Part shown: positions 1 through 12,976 of the stretch, piece by piece | How positions within the stretch are numbered: position 1 is the stretch's first letter | Layout of the letters: the number at the start of each line of letters is the position of its first letter | Source of the DNA: Octopus vulgaris | Lineage: Eukaryota | DNA length: 64,000 bases | NCBI GenBank assembly: GCA_951406725.2 | Contig: OX597815.1 | Coordinates: forward strand, 63,860,001 to 63,924,000 | Direction of reading: 5' to 3' | The notes under the pieces: model-generated | The model's input: only the letters and a program-made list of their open reading frames with translations | Databases searched by the model: none | Told to the model about the DNA's origin: nothing | Position numbers and translations under genes: made by a program

Positions 1-474
1 TTAAGATGTTTGTAACTTTCAACATTTATTCTCTCGGCTTCATAATATCCTTTATTATTCGTTCATAGGGGTGAGTTACCGCCATATTGTTACATATATT
101 TTATAGTGGTTTATTGTCGATGTTTCTTCATACATTTCCATTTCAGATTTGTACAATATTTATTGAGTAATATGCCTGTTACGGTTTATTTCTTGCTGAA
201 GCTGACGTTACATTTGTTTCCATATTTTCAGAGTAAAAAGCAGATGTATGTAGACATTTTATATGTAAGCAGAATAAATGGAAATAGGTGTAGGCAAGTA
301 TATGAAGAACTAGAAGTATGTAAATATACATAGCTATAAATGTTTTCAGAAATATGTATGCAGATGTATATAGAAGCATATTGTATGTAAATGTATTTCT
401 GTTTTAGATTTAGACCTTCTGTTTTAAAAATATTATTTGCGTCTAAATATTAATCAATAATTCAGTATACATAC

Positions 475-590
475 ATGCATATAAAACATACATATATACA
501 TACATACACATATAGATATGTACATATATATGCACACATACGTGTATATATATATATATATATATATTTGTATGTATATATATATACATT

Positions 591-648
<58 letters not shown>

Positions 649-654
649 TACATA

Positions 655-742
<88 letters not shown>
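475..742. repeat. (AT)n/(CA)n compound microsatellite, representative of dozens in the window
   Basis: Direct dinucleotide runs; source of the spurious YIYI/HTHT ORFs. Confidence 0.95.
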
Positions 743-747
<5 letters not shown>

Positions 748-1293
748 TAATCCAAACAAGAAAACACAGAAAAAAAGAGAAAAAATGAGAAAAAAACACA
801 GCAACGCAGGACGTGGAACAATTAAAGTATTATTGACGCTCAGGAAAGCAAGGAAGGAGAGGAGGAATATATTTCTGTGTGCGTTAGAGGTTGAGAAACC
901 AACTAAGGGATAGTAACTCTCCAATATACTGCTGGTAGTGTACCCAATTATTCATACCCAAGTGCTAGTTATTGCATGGCAATCTCGCAATTGAGTATTA
1001 CATATGGGCGGGGGTAAAAAGTGGTTTACCCTTGATTTATACGACAAATAAGAAAATGGAGAGGATATAAAAATCGACAGACACAAGTAAACATTCCAGT
1101 ATATCTATTTATTCAAATGTATTGGATGAATTCACACATGTATTAGTGGTACAGATAATTAAATACAAAAAGTTGGTAATTGCATAAACAAAGGTGTGGA
1201 AGCATATAAGCATATAGTAACAAGTGAGTAATTGAGCAAATGAGCAAATGAGTAGATTGTCACTAAAACCGAATGTGTATGCGGGTGCTAGTT

Positions 1294-1417
1294 GCTTACG
1301 GCCGTTTCTGCCAAGAGGCAACGAAATCTTCCAGGTAATCTCAATCTCTTCAGTGTTATGCAAGGATGAGCAGATAAGGCTCGGATAATGAATGTACCCC
1401 TAGGCTTCTTCAGAGGG
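1294..1417 (-). ncRNA. Type I hammerhead ribozyme motif with extended stem II and weak stem I
   Basis: Minus strand reads CUGAAGA-aGCC..(~90 nt)..GGCa-GAAA-CGGCCG-UA; palindromic stem III; stem I only about 2 bp. Confidence 0.6.
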
Positions 1418-1716
1418 TCTAAGTGGTTGGGGTGGGATAACACATATAAAAATCAGTTAATAATTGCTACAGTGTGTTTGTCTTTTTGAAATAGAGTAGA
1501 AAAAGAATAAGAGTAAGAATAAGAACAAGTACGAGAATACACGTGAAGTACATCATATTTTAATGATTTGGGCATAGCAAGGGGAAATAAGATACAGACT
1601 TCCCGTGATGTATTATAAGATCCATGTTATTTCATCCATTGGTGGGTAGGTGAATATAGTCGTTCTCAGTAGGAGTTTTTACAGGAAGGGTAATTTTAGG
1701 CAGTAGTTCCCATTAT

Positions 1717-1777
1717 GTTTCCATAGAACTTCAGTGGTGGGTTACCATCAGACCCACCACTGAAGTTCTATGGAAAC
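1717..1777. repeat. Perfect 26-bp inverted repeat with 9-nt loop
   Basis: gtttccatagaacttcagtggtgggt (1717-1742) pairs with acccaccactgaagttctatggaaac (1752-1777). Confidence 0.95.
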
Positions 1778-2558
1778 CAGTCTACAGTTCAAACTTCATT
1801 AAAAAGAAATGCTTAAAGCCTCGAAGTTTCCATTTCTTTGCTTCGACGCGCAAGGATTCTTCTCTCCTGTTTAAGATATGACCAAATAAATTCAGAATCT
1901 TAAGTTTTCTAGTTGTATGTTGGTAATTGGCTGTGGATATCGAGTCTCTTGTTTTTGCTGCAACACCACATTTTATTATGTGTTGCTGCCATCTTCCAAC
2001 TTTTAGGAACCAAATATATTTCGATAAACACATTACATTTCAACACCTTCTGACTGTAAACGAATGGCTTTGTTGTTTGTATCACGCATTAAAAGTGTAC
2101 ACGGTAAACATGAAGAACACTTTCACAGATCGCTATCCGATTCTACATCTGCTCTCTGTCTATTTCTTTTGACGTACATTTTCTTTCCATGGAGATTCTA
2201 ATGATGTTGTTTCAATGGCATCTACATAGGGTTGTTTGTGTTGGTTTTATAGATTTTGATTTCTGCTTAGAGATTCGTAATCCTATATTACACAACTACG
2301 GGTGGTCTTACCAGAATTGTTGTTTATATAAGTACACAAACATATGCGGCACTTGAACACTTCCATATATATATATATATATGAATATATGTATGTATGT
2401 ATATATATATATATATGAATATATGTATATATAAACATATATATACATACACACGTATATACATACATTTATAAATATATATAAACATATATATATATAA
2501 ACATACATGTATATACATCATAAATATCGATATTTGCATTCAATCTATATATCACAGC

Positions 2559-2607
<49 letters not shown>

Positions 2608-2801
2608 TACACATGCATGCATAAATATATTCATATACATATGTGTGTAAACTTGTTAGGTGAGTATATCTGTGTGTGTAAGTATGCATATGAGGGTGGA
2701 GGACTATGTACGAATATGTATATTTGCATACATACACACACTTATATGCATTTTTAGATAACCGCGTGAATCCATGTGTATATATGGCTTACCCTGTCAC
2801 G

Positions 2802-2838
<37 letters not shown>

Positions 2839-3257
2839 ATGAACACACATCCAGTCACATAATATGACGGTAATACAATTCCACACAGACACGGCCACAC
2901 GAACGTACACATTCCATGTTAAGGAGCAGCAAAAATTTTAACAATCTAATCATCAATATCGATCCGGTTTATTGATCTTCTCGGTGCTTTACTTCCATGT
3001 CCCTTCCGGATCCATACTGGTTGGTCCTTAGGGAAGGAAAATGAAAGACACACTGTTATAGGGGGAGCAGTGGGAGATAAAGAAATCGGCACGGGATTGG
3101 TTAGCTGGAAACAGAGTGGTGTGCATATATGTTTGCGTGTGTTGCTGTCGATCTGTACACACACACACACATACGCACATACACACACATGTATATGTAA
3201 ATATGTATGTATGGATGGATGTATGGATGTACATATATATATATATATACATGTATG

Positions 3258-3289
<32 letters not shown>

Positions 3290-3623
3290 TGTATGTATGT
3301 ATGTACGTATATGTATGAATACGTGTGTATATAAGTATGTATGTATATGCATGAATACGTATGTATATATGTATGTATGTATATGTATGAATATGTATGT
3401 ATATATGTATGTATGTAGAGGCATAAATATATATTTAGTTATATTTATATATATAGGAATATATATATGCATGTGTATACATACATATTCATGTATATAC
3501 ATACATATATATGTGAGTGTGTGTATGCATACACAGAAAGAGAGAGGGAGGGTGAGAAAGAATGTGCATATCAGTGAAAGATAGAAACAAAAAGAGTAAA
3601 ATCAGGGTATGTATGTATGCGTG

Positions 3624-3662
<39 letters not shown>

Positions 3663-3879
3663 GGGGGGAGGTGATGTGAGTGAGAATCGTATAAAAAGCA
3701 ATCTACAAAGATGTAAAATAAATAAATAAATAAATGAAATTATCGATTTATTGATTATTTTGTTATAGGAAGATAAAAGAATGACAGAAGAAAAAAAAGA
3801 AAAGAGGAGCAAAAAATGTACAAGAAGACTAAAGGAAAAAATGTAAGGGCGACAGTAAACACAAACAGTAAAAATATGA

Positions 3880-4132
3880 ATAACAACAACATTGTAAATA
3901 TCATCATCATCGTCATTACCATCATCATCATTGCCATCATAGTTATCATCACCATGGTCATTATCATCATCGTCGTCGTCACCATCCTCATCGCCATTGT
4001 CAACATAATCATCAGCATCAGCATCATCATGAACATGAACATCATCATCATCAACATGATCATCATCGTCGTCGTCGTCGTCGTCACCATCTTCATCGTT
4101 ACCATACTCATCATCATAATCATCATAATCAT

Positions 4133-4163
<31 letters not shown>

Positions 4164-4975
4164 ATCATATTCATTGCCACTACCACTGTCACCAGTTTCG
4201 TCGTCATCGTTATCATCACCATTATAACCATGATCGATAGGGCAGCAAAAAACAACAGCAACAACAACTGTATCATTGAGTGGAGGTGAGGTGGGCGGGT
4301 AAAGGCGGTAGTTATTAACGAGATGAGAAAAAATAAACAATAACAATAAAAAAAACAATGACAATAACGACAAAAAGCAAAAAAAATTGAGCAAAACCTG
4401 TATCAAAACAACACAACAACAACTATAAAGTAAAAGTGAGAATAATGATAAAAAAATACACATAAAATTAAAACAAAAACCGCAATATCCCTACCACCAC
4501 CACAATCGTCGTCGTTGTCGTTGCCATCATTATCAGCAGCAGCAAGCTGCAGCATCAATATTGTCGCCACCACCGCCACCACTACCACCATCATCATCAT
4601 CACCATCGTCGTCGTCATCATCATCATCATCATCATCATCATCACTCTTTATCATCATTTTTATCATCATCAATATTGTTGCCACCACCACCACCACCAA
4701 AACCACTATCATCATCATCATCATCATCATCATCATTATCATCATCATCATCATCATCATCATCACCGTCATCATTATCAACAACATCACCATCATCAAC
4801 GCCACCACCGTGAGCATTATCATTGTTATCCACTTCCTTGGCCTCCGCTCCATGATCATCAGCATCAATATCACCTTTATAATTGTCAATATCGTTACCG
4901 CCACCATCACCATCCTCTTTTTCCCCCTCCTCTTCCCTTCCCTTCATCCTTCTCGTCCTCATCATCAACAAGAAC
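3880..4975. repeat. Degenerate (ATC/GTC/ACC)n trinucleotide low-complexity tract
   Basis: Long imperfect catcat/cgtcgt/caccac runs giving poly-D/H/I/M ORFs in several frames on both strands. Confidence 0.9.
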
Positions 4976-5223
4976 AAAATTGTATCAACAGCCGCATATA
5001 GAGAATGAAAGATAAGGATTAACAAGGAAAACAGTTCAGATAAAATAAAATAAAATAAATGTGTTTAACCTCCACCTCTGCCGCCGTCGCTACCACTTGA
5101 CAAACGGTGTTGGTTTGTTTTCGTTACGGTATTCTAGCGGTTTGACAAAAAAGAAAAAAAACGAAAGAATAAATACTATCAACCAATGCGCCAGCACACA
5201 CACAGATATATATATATATATAT

Positions 5224-5290
<67 letters not shown>

Positions 5291-5318
5291 TACATACACA
5301 CACATAAATATATATATA

Positions 5319-5357
<39 letters not shown>

Positions 5358-5359
5358 CA

Positions 5360-5530
5360 TGCCGTTACGTTCTGAGTTCAAAGTCCGCCGAGGTCGACTT
5401 TGCCTTTCATCCTTTCGGGGGCGATAAATTAAGTACCAGTTACGCACTGGGTCGATGTAATCGACTTAATCCGTTTGTCTGTCCTTGTTTGTCCCCTCTG
5501 TGTTTGGCCCCTTGTGGGTAGTAAAGAATA
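5360..5530 (+). mobile_element. tRNA-derived SINE family A, 5'-truncated
   Basis: B-box-like gagttcaaag followed by gtcgactttgcctttcatcctttcgggg..gataaattaagtaccag; many copies in the window. Confidence 0.85.
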
Positions 5531-5549
5531 TATATATATATATATATAT

Positions 5550-5803
5550 ACGACGAGCTTCTTTCAGTTTCCGTCAACCAAATCCACTCGCAAGGCCCGA
5601 GACTTGAGTAGAAGACGCTTACCCAAGATGCCATGCAGTGGGTTGAACTCAGAAACGTGTAGTTTGGAAGCAAGCTTATTACCACATGGATCTGGCTTCT
5701 ATCTCACTGCATGGCACATTGGGAAAATGTTTTCTACTATAGCCTTGGGCCGACCAAAGCCTTGTGAGTGGATTTGGTAGACGGAAACTGAAAGCAGCCC
5801 GTC

Positions 5804-5805
<2 letters not shown>
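5550..5805. mobile_element. Two CORE-like SINE family B fragments, head-to-head inverted
   Basis: cgacgagcttctttcagtttccgtc (minus) and gacggaaactgaaagcagcccgtcg (plus). Confidence 0.8.
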
Positions 5806-5837
<32 letters not shown>

Positions 5838-5838
<1 letters not shown>

Positions 5839-6400
5839 AATTGAGATAGGGGTTGTAAATGCAACCCTCCATGGGATAACATATATCCAATATACTGCTA
5901 GTGAAGTACCCAACAAAGTTAATACATAAATGTTAAGGATTGCGAAAAGGATTTACCACAAATTACTAATACAAGATAAGAAAATGGAGAAATACATCTA
6001 AATCAAATATCAATTACCAGATAATACTCAATCACATACTTTATTAAACCATCACATAAGAGACTGTAGGGTTAAACATAAAAAAGCAGAACAAATCAGT
6101 GTACATAAAGGAATGTACATAAAAAAGTGTACATTAAAGAGTGATGTTGTATAATAAGTAGAATATATATAAAAAAGAGAATATACATATAAGTAAATAT
6201 AAATATAAGTATAGATTACATCTTACAGCTGTTTCGGCCAGTATGTCTCATTTTACCAATATTGACCTTTTATGGTAGGTTAATATATAGATATAAATGA
6301 GACATTTACAAAAATATCATAAGGCCTCCTCGGAGATATACTTATACATATGAGTGCATATACTCACACTCCTATACATATAAAAATATACATATACATA
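5838..6400 (-). mobile_element. Penelope-like pLTR-derived element
   Basis: Begins at a (TA)n run, related to 880-1420, carries an HHR at 6217-6340. Confidence 0.55.
6217..6340 (-). ncRNA. Type I hammerhead ribozyme motif (CCGAGGA core variant) with long stem II insertion
   Basis: UAUAUCU-CCGAGGA-GGCC..[nested hairpin augucucauuu/aaaugagacau]..GGCC-GAAA-CAGCUG-UA-AGAUGUA; 7-bp stem I. Confidence 0.7.
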
Positions 6401-6484
6401 ATAATGTAAATAAATAATATAAATTAGTAAACATATATACGTTCCATATTCAATGCTTCAGTTCTTCAACACATATTAGTACCT

Positions 6485-6647
6485 AGATGCAAATATACAT
6501 AGTCAATAGTACATTATATTACTTCCTATTAATTTCCAAAGCGTCATTAAAGTTAGCATCATTATCGTTGTCAGATGCAAATATACATTGTCAATAGTAC
6601 ATTATATTACTTCCTAATAATTTCCAAAGTGTCATTAAAGTTAGCAT
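6485..6647. repeat. Tandem duplication, ~88-bp period
   Basis: agatgcaaatatacat..gtcaatagtacattatattacttcct..ttaaagttagcat occurs at 6485 and 6573. Confidence 0.9.
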
Positions 6648-6661
6648 ATATATATATATAT

Positions 6662-7120
6662 TCAATACACATAAAGGGTAAAATATAATTAATTTAATAA
6701 AATTAATAAATTTCACCCAGTAGTTTTTTCGGTATGGAAAAGACCATATTTGGTAAGGATTATATTAATTATAATAAAGGGTTAATTGCAACAAGTTGCT
6801 CAAAACCATATACCGAAAATATTAGAAATAGCAGCCAGATAGGTCACTATTTCTACTACTAGTAAAAAAGTCCCCGCAAACAAACAGAAGTGGTAACCCG
6901 TATATGGTAAAGAGAAATCCCAGCCTATTGGATTAATTATGGACGAATTCGTTTCTAGATTAGAACCGAAGGTTCATTTCCTTGTCAACATAATATTTCC
7001 TATAAATCTAGAAATGCTAGGGAAAAAAACTCACCCATTACATCAACCCGATCAGGCGACATCGAACGATATAACGGTCCGCTAGCATCTCCACATTTAT
7101 ATAGACAGGTGAATTCGTAA
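6662..7120 (-). mobile_element. Penelope-like pLTR element, same family as 13575-14435
   Basis: (TA)n on both sides; shares agggtaaaat..aatttcacc, attagaaatagcagc and gtttctagattag with the 13.6-14.4 kb element. Confidence 0.65.
6937..6993 (-). ncRNA. Type I hammerhead ribozyme, U3:A8 core covariant
   Basis: UUAUG-UUGACAA-ggaaauGAACC uuc GGUUCuaaucua-GAAA-CGAAUUCG-UC-CAUAA; perfect 5-bp stem I; GUC cleavage triplet. Confidence 0.75.
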
Positions 7121-7464
7121 AATATATATATATATATATATATATATGAAGCCTACAGAAGCACCCAAGTACCTCAATTCCATCTACAAATTACTTCAGT
7201 CTACTGGAGGGATAAAGGTAGAATGAGGTATTTTTGCCTCTTGGCTGTAACAGCTGTAAGATATTTTCCTAATTTCTATTCCTGTATGTTATATATTTTG
7301 ATAATTACTGGTATCTTTATATATTATATGTAAAGCTTATTATGTTATACATGTATGTATGTATATTGTTGTAATTGTCATTTTAGTAAATAAATAAATA
7401 AAATGACACAATATGTCTAAAATTTGATGAATACTACCTATTCATCCCCTCCATTTTCTTATTG

Positions 7465-7509
<45 letters not shown>

Positions 7510-7519
7510 AGTATGCATG

Positions 7520-7730
7520 TGTGTGTGTGCTTTTGTATCTGTATTTGTTCCCACCCCCACCCCATTACCCCTTAACAACCAGTGTTGATGTGTTTTGCGA
7601 AAGAGATGGATAGAATAAGTACCAGGCTTAAAATGTAGTAAGTACCGGGGTCGATAAATGTATTCAAGGCGATGCCCCAGCATGGCCGCTTGACTCAATC
7701 AGATAAAAGGATAAAAGAATATAAAAGAAT
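7520..7730 (+). mobile_element. SINE family B 3' portion
   Basis: gatagaataagtaccaggctt..ggcgatgccccagcatggccgc..ataaaagaata tail. Confidence 0.75.
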
Positions 7731-7879
7731 ATATATATACATACATACGCAAACACAGGTGTGTATAGGCACCTTGACCAAGTTCTTCTATAGCCTGGAG
7801 CCAACCAAAGCCTGTTGACTAGATTTGGTAGACGGAAACTAAGAGAAGCCTGCCATATGCATGTATATACGTATGGGTG

Positions 7880-9558
7880 TATGTATGTTTGTACAACAAG
7901 GTATGTATGTATCTATACATGCAGATTTGTATGGTTTGTTTTATGTATGTATTCTCAAGCATATTGTTGCATATCTAGACATGATCATATATATAATGAT
8001 AAACTGCTGGAAAGTTTTACAGATTTTTAAAATTTCAGTGATGGATTGGATCTGTAGTCTTCGAATTAGCTTTCTCCTTTCTATTTTGAGAAGCCTAATT
8101 TCTCAAGATTAGTATTACTTATCCTAGGGCTCCTCTAATTACACGTATAAAACTAAACTTGTAATTTGGATAGAGTAACTGCAGATTTCTCAGTAGTTCA
8201 ACGTAGGTATTCTCTTTTTCAATGATCTTCAACTTAACATCCGCTGGGTAGCTAATTTCCACAACAGTTTCTCTTCTCCATCCCAAATCATTATATCAAG
8301 TTTGTTGTGCTTTCACTGGGACATTCCACCAGTATTCCTTTTTATTCTGAGTGGCCATGGGGCTTCATACTGTGGCTTTTTATTTCTTTGTCCTCGGGAT
8401 TACCCATCCGACGGATTTCATTATAGAGTGTCCTTGCTACAACATCATGTCTCATCGGTAGATAATACCATGAGGACATTTTCGGAGAATTGCTTACGAT
8501 GTGGGTAATATCTTCAGTGTGAACTCCACTAAGTCTGCAGCAGTTGTCACATTTCACTGCTTTTCCTGCATCTCTATCCCTTTTGTGCATCAGGAATTTG
8601 GTTGATATTTTCTGATCCTGGAAACGCATACCCTTCAAAGTGAGAGCTAGTAATCCGGCTATTGGTTCATGATAGACTGCTTTGAGGATGAATGTTACTA
8701 TCATCTCAGAGCTTTCTATTAACATATCCATGCATAGTCTTCTGCTCATATATGCTCATCCTTTCATTTTATGATACGTTTTGGTAGAGTTGTGCGACTT
8801 CTTTGGGCATGTATTTAAGATTATCAGACAATGAATGTTACTCAAGGAGCTGTCTTCCAAGTCTTATGATGTTATCAGCTTCATGTATGCAAACTGGGTC
8901 GAGGGATGCAATTCGACGCTTGGTGGTTAAAAGAAGTTGCCGAAGTGATATGATGCGACATGCAAAGGTATTTTGGATCGATGTTAAGCCTCTGGTAGAG
9001 GTGATCTACGTTACTGTTTATGTGTTAGTATTTTTCGGGTTCTCACATCAATGGCTCGGATCTTATCAAGCGTCTAATCAAGCAGCCCAAATGTTGGTAC
9101 GAGAACTGGCACTGCAAACACATTGTGGGCCACTATTTTATTGAAAGTAGAGAGTTCTGAAGACCAAATTTTCTCTATTCGGCTGTGATATTCTTTGGTG
9201 ACATGTGTTTTGCTACAGATGCCATTATAAGATATGTTTTCATCCACCCCTAGATACCTGTAACATTCCTTGTACGATATAGGGAAAACAGTCAAGTCTG
9301 ATTTACAGTTTTTCCCCCTTGCCACAACCATATAATATTTATCCTGACCAAACTCGAACCCTACTTCCTTTGAGAATGTTGTAACTAGGTCAAGGCTCTT
9401 TTTTAATCTCATGCATATTCTTTGCATAAAGTTTCAGGTCATCCACAAAGAAACAGTGTAATCTTGGTATTTCTGTTTCCTTGTGAATCAGTGAGATATC
9501 CTTCAGACTTCTTTAACATGAATGACAAGGGGTTTACAGAAAGTATAAACAGCACAGA
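7880..9558 (-). mobile_element. Decayed RLE-type non-LTR retrotransposon (R4/Dong-like), 5'-truncated, in (CATA)n
   Basis: Minus-strand RT motif VDDLKLYA (~9422-9445), YRYLGVDE, IWSSELSTFNK, zinc-knuckle-like CDNCCRL..EDITHIVS, RHDVVA; stops and frameshifts; (TATG)n at both ends. Confidence 0.85.
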
Positions 9559-9649
9559 GTATGTATGTATGTATGTATGTATGTATGTATGTATGTATGT
9601 ATGTATGTATGTATACTGTATATATACGTATATATGTATGTACGCATGT

Positions 9650-9755
9650 ATTTCATTATCAGTTTATTTTAAGATTTCTTGCCAATAGAGAAAGAACCAG
9701 TTACTAACCTAGATCCAAGGTTCCTTCATTGGAATTTCATCATCTACAACAGGGT
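9650..9755 (-). mobile_element. 3' UTR end of the same RLE LINE family (tandem neighbour)
   Basis: Reverse complement matches 61487-61585 (ctaggttag..tctattggcaagaaatctt.aaataaactga). Confidence 0.75.
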
Positions 9756-10078
9756 ACGTATGTATGTATGTATGTATGTATGTATGTATGTATGTATGTA
9801 TGTATGTATGTATGTATGTATGTATGTATGCATGTATGCATGTATGTATGTATGCGTGCATATCAGTGTGTAAAGGTACGACTACATTCTAATCCAATAA
9901 TTGAGATAAAACCTCACTTCCATTGTTGATAAACCAGCTTCTAAGTCAGGACAGCCTACGTTTATGATGGCTCTCAGCTCCTGGTTCTCTTCATTCAATA
10001 TGTAGTCCACGTAGTTTTCTTCCCAGTCGTTCAATAAATCCATTTGAGACACAGCTTTGACATGAACACTCGTATATT

Positions 10079-10292
10079 CTTTTCTACTCAAGGCACAAGG
10101 CCAGAAATTTTTGGGGAGGGGACCAGTCGATTAGATCGACCCAGTACGCAACTGGTATTTAATTTATCGACCCCGAAAGGATGAAAAGCAAAGTCGACAT
10201 CGGTGGAATTTGAACTCAGAACGTAAAGACAGACGAAATACTGCTAAGCATTTCGCCCGGCGTGCTAATGTTTCTGCGAGCCCGCCGCCTAA
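10079..10292 (-). mobile_element. Full-length SINE family A with 17-bp target-site duplication
   Basis: TSD atga(a/g)cactcgtatatt at 10062-10078 and 10293-10309; tRNA-like head at the right end. Confidence 0.9.
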
Positions 10293-10369
10293 ATGAGCAC
10301 TCGTATATTGTTCGACGTCTGATGGAAGGTAAGATCCTCCCTATGCATCTTGGACACCTGCTTTTTGCC

Positions 10370-10660
10370 TTTCTTTTAAGGCGTGTAGTTTAGAATTTAG
10401 GGCGTGGCATTCACAGTCATTAGATAATCATTTCAATTCCCGGGTCGGATACTGTGTTCTGTTATGTTCTTGAGCAACACTTTTCATTTCACATTGCTCC
10501 CAGTTCACTCAGATAACTTCCAACAATGGCTTGGAATTTAACCACGCGACGGGCTGGTGTCCCGTTCAGTGAGAGGGTGCCGTAAACCCAGTCACTTATA
10601 TACCATGAAAACCGTGTTATGGTCCGGCTTTATGAGACCCGGCTGCTATTAGACCCAAAG
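10370..10660 (+). mobile_element. Diverged CORE-like SINE
   Basis: aggcgtgtagtttag..tttcaattcccggg..ttcttgagcaacacttttcatttcacattgctcccagttcactcag, related to 55162-55457. Confidence 0.6.
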
Positions 10661-10979
10661 CTCATAACAAACCTAAGTCACTTTAACCAAAAAGTGCTCA
10701 AGGATTAATTTCATATTATTTTCCACCATAAGACACAAGGGGTTGGTTCGGGGTGGAATAACCCAATATTCCCAAGGTCTGATAATAACTTACCCTCCCC
10801 ATACATTTTTTTTCAACGCAGCAAGAAACCGATTCTATCGGAAGCTCTGATGTTTGTTTATGGCAAACAAAAACAATACAGACAACATCAGCAGCGGCAA
10901 CACAACTGACATCGTCACCACAACCTTCAACGATAATAACAACAACATCGATAAACACGACGCTTATTAGAAGGGTAAT

Positions 10980-11615
10980 TCTTTCTACTATATGTACAAG
11001 GCCTGAAATTTTGGCGGATGCGAGGAATTACATCGACTCCACTACTCGGCTGGTACTTATTTTTATCAACCTCAAAAGGATGAAAGATGTAGTTGACCTC
11101 AACGGAATTTGAAGTCAAAACGTGAAGTCGAAAGAAATGAGATTCAACATTTTGTCCGGTGCTTTTATATTAATACTAATCTTTTCTATTAATAGGCAGA
11201 AGGCCGGAAATTTTGGGATATGGGATAATCGATTTCACTGATCCCAGTGCACAAATGGTATTTTATTTCATTGACCCCAAAAAGATAATGGGCTAAGTTG
11301 ACCTCAGTAGCATTTGAACTCAGAACGTAGAGACGGGCAAAATGCCGCTAAGAATTTTGCCCGGCGTGCTAACGATTCTGCTAGTTCGCTGCCTCCATGA
11401 TGATGATTTCAAATTTTGGCTCAAGGCCAGCAGTTTTGAAGGGAGTGTAAGTTAATTACATCGACCCCAGTGAACAACTGGTACTTATTTTATCGACCCC
11501 GAAGGATAAAAGGTTAAGTCGACCAGGCAGAATTTGAACTCAGAACATCAGGACGGACAAAATGTCACTAAGCCTTTTGCTCGGCGTGCTGACGATTCTG
11601 CCAGCTCACCGCCTT
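10980..11615 (-). mobile_element. Three tandem SINE family A copies
   Basis: Repeated tggtacttattttatc.acc.c.aaagg..gacc..atttgaactcagaac at ~10980-11160, 11180-11395 and 11405-11615. Confidence 0.8.
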
Positions 11616-11620
11616 AATGA

Positions 11621-11654
<34 letters not shown>

Positions 11655-12354
11655 GGTGGTGGTGGTAATGGTGATGGTGATGGAGGAGGAGGAGGATGTG
11701 TAAAAATAACAAGAACAGTAATAGAAACAACATTAACTGTAGTAGCAAGAACTGCACAAGAATAAGAAAAAAAGTTAAATAACCATAATAAACAACAAAA
11801 TAAACGCAAACAACAAACAGCTTGAAATTAGTTTCGTTATAAAAAAAAAAGAAAAAAGGAAAAATGCATAAAAAATAAAACTGCTTCAACAACAGCAAAA
11901 ATAATGCAGAAACTGTTGTAACAAATACAGTATGGAAAATAGTATTAATATTAGGAGTACAAAATGTAAACATGCATGTCTGTGTGTGTGTGGGGGGGGG
12001 GGGGTACGCGTGCGTATGTCAGTGTACCTGTGTGCCAGTGTCTGTGTATACGTATGTATAAACATATATGTAAAGATATATATATATATATGTATGTATG
12101 TATGTATGTGTGTGTGTGTATGTATGTACGTATGTATGTATGTATGTATATATGTGTGTGTGTATGTATGTATGTATGTATGTGTGTGTGTGTGCTTACA
12201 TATGTTTATATGTATATATTTATGTATATGTATATATTTATGTATATGTATGTATACGACGAAAAGATAACCGATTAAATGTGCGTGTGTGAGTATGTGT
12301 GAGTATATATATTTACATATACACACGCACACGCACATACACATATGTACTCAC

Positions 12355-12740
12355 TACCTCTCAACTTTGGAGTTGAAAGATATACCAAACACCGAACTGG
12401 ATGGCACTACATAGTAGCAAAGTTCCCATCATTCTACATCTTGAATAAGGACCCAGTACTGTAATAGATTTGGCTTGAAGGGTCAACAACTATTCAACAT
12501 TTTGCTGAACAGCTAGACAGGTTCAAGGCCTGAGATTTGTACAAGGTGTAGACATAAGTGTCTTCAAGAAACGTCTGAAGAACTTATTTCTAAGATACTC
12601 AATTGAACGGACATAGTGGCTGGAAACACAAAGAGGACCAGCTCCGTCCAACTGGCTACTTCCCCAGAAACAATAGAAAAAAGAAACCCAATCACACTGA
12701 AAGACGGGAACCCAGCCTCTGGCTGAAACCAATAAAACAT
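12355..12740 (+). mobile_element. Decayed CR1/L2-like LINE 3' fragment
   Basis: NFGVERYTKHRTGWHY..RTQYCNRFGLKGQQLFNIL, homologous to 30810-31170; ends ggctgaaaccaataaaa. Confidence 0.7.
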
Positions 12741-12913
12741 ATAACAAATAACGTGTGTGTGTGTATGTATGTGTACATATACACGCACATAAAAACACAT
12801 GTAACTATATGCCTGTTGGCATAAAAAAATAGCTTTATTATTTTTATAAAGGTGTTAGGGTCAGCCAGCTGTCAGGCAAAACTCAAGCAGACTCATTTGT
12901 TTGTATAATCAGC

Positions 12914-12976
<63 letters not shown>

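Larger units (their letters stand above)
743..1780 (-). mobile_element. Penelope-like element pLTR-derived remnant
   Basis: Starts at a (TA)n run. 905-950 resembles 5872-5912 (ccaatatactgct..gtacccaa) and 827-846 resembles 54534-54556 (gacgctcaggaaa vs ggcgctcaggaaa). Contains an HHR at 1294-1417. Confidence 0.55.

Noticed and set aside
454-924. ORFs rich in YI/HT/CV/MY dipeptides here and throughout the window
   Set aside because: They are translations of (AT)n, (CA)n and (CATA)n microsatellites, which lack stop codons
2940-3120. Minus-strand CCAAT, TATA-like and Inr-like arrangement
   Set aside because: TATA-to-Inr spacing is only ~15 nt and the downstream ATGs close within 10 codons
3489-5025. 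324-aa poly-Asp ORF and overlapping poly-His/Ile/Met ORFs
   Set aside because: Open in several frames on both strands because of (ATC)n repeats; no splice signals or domain recognised
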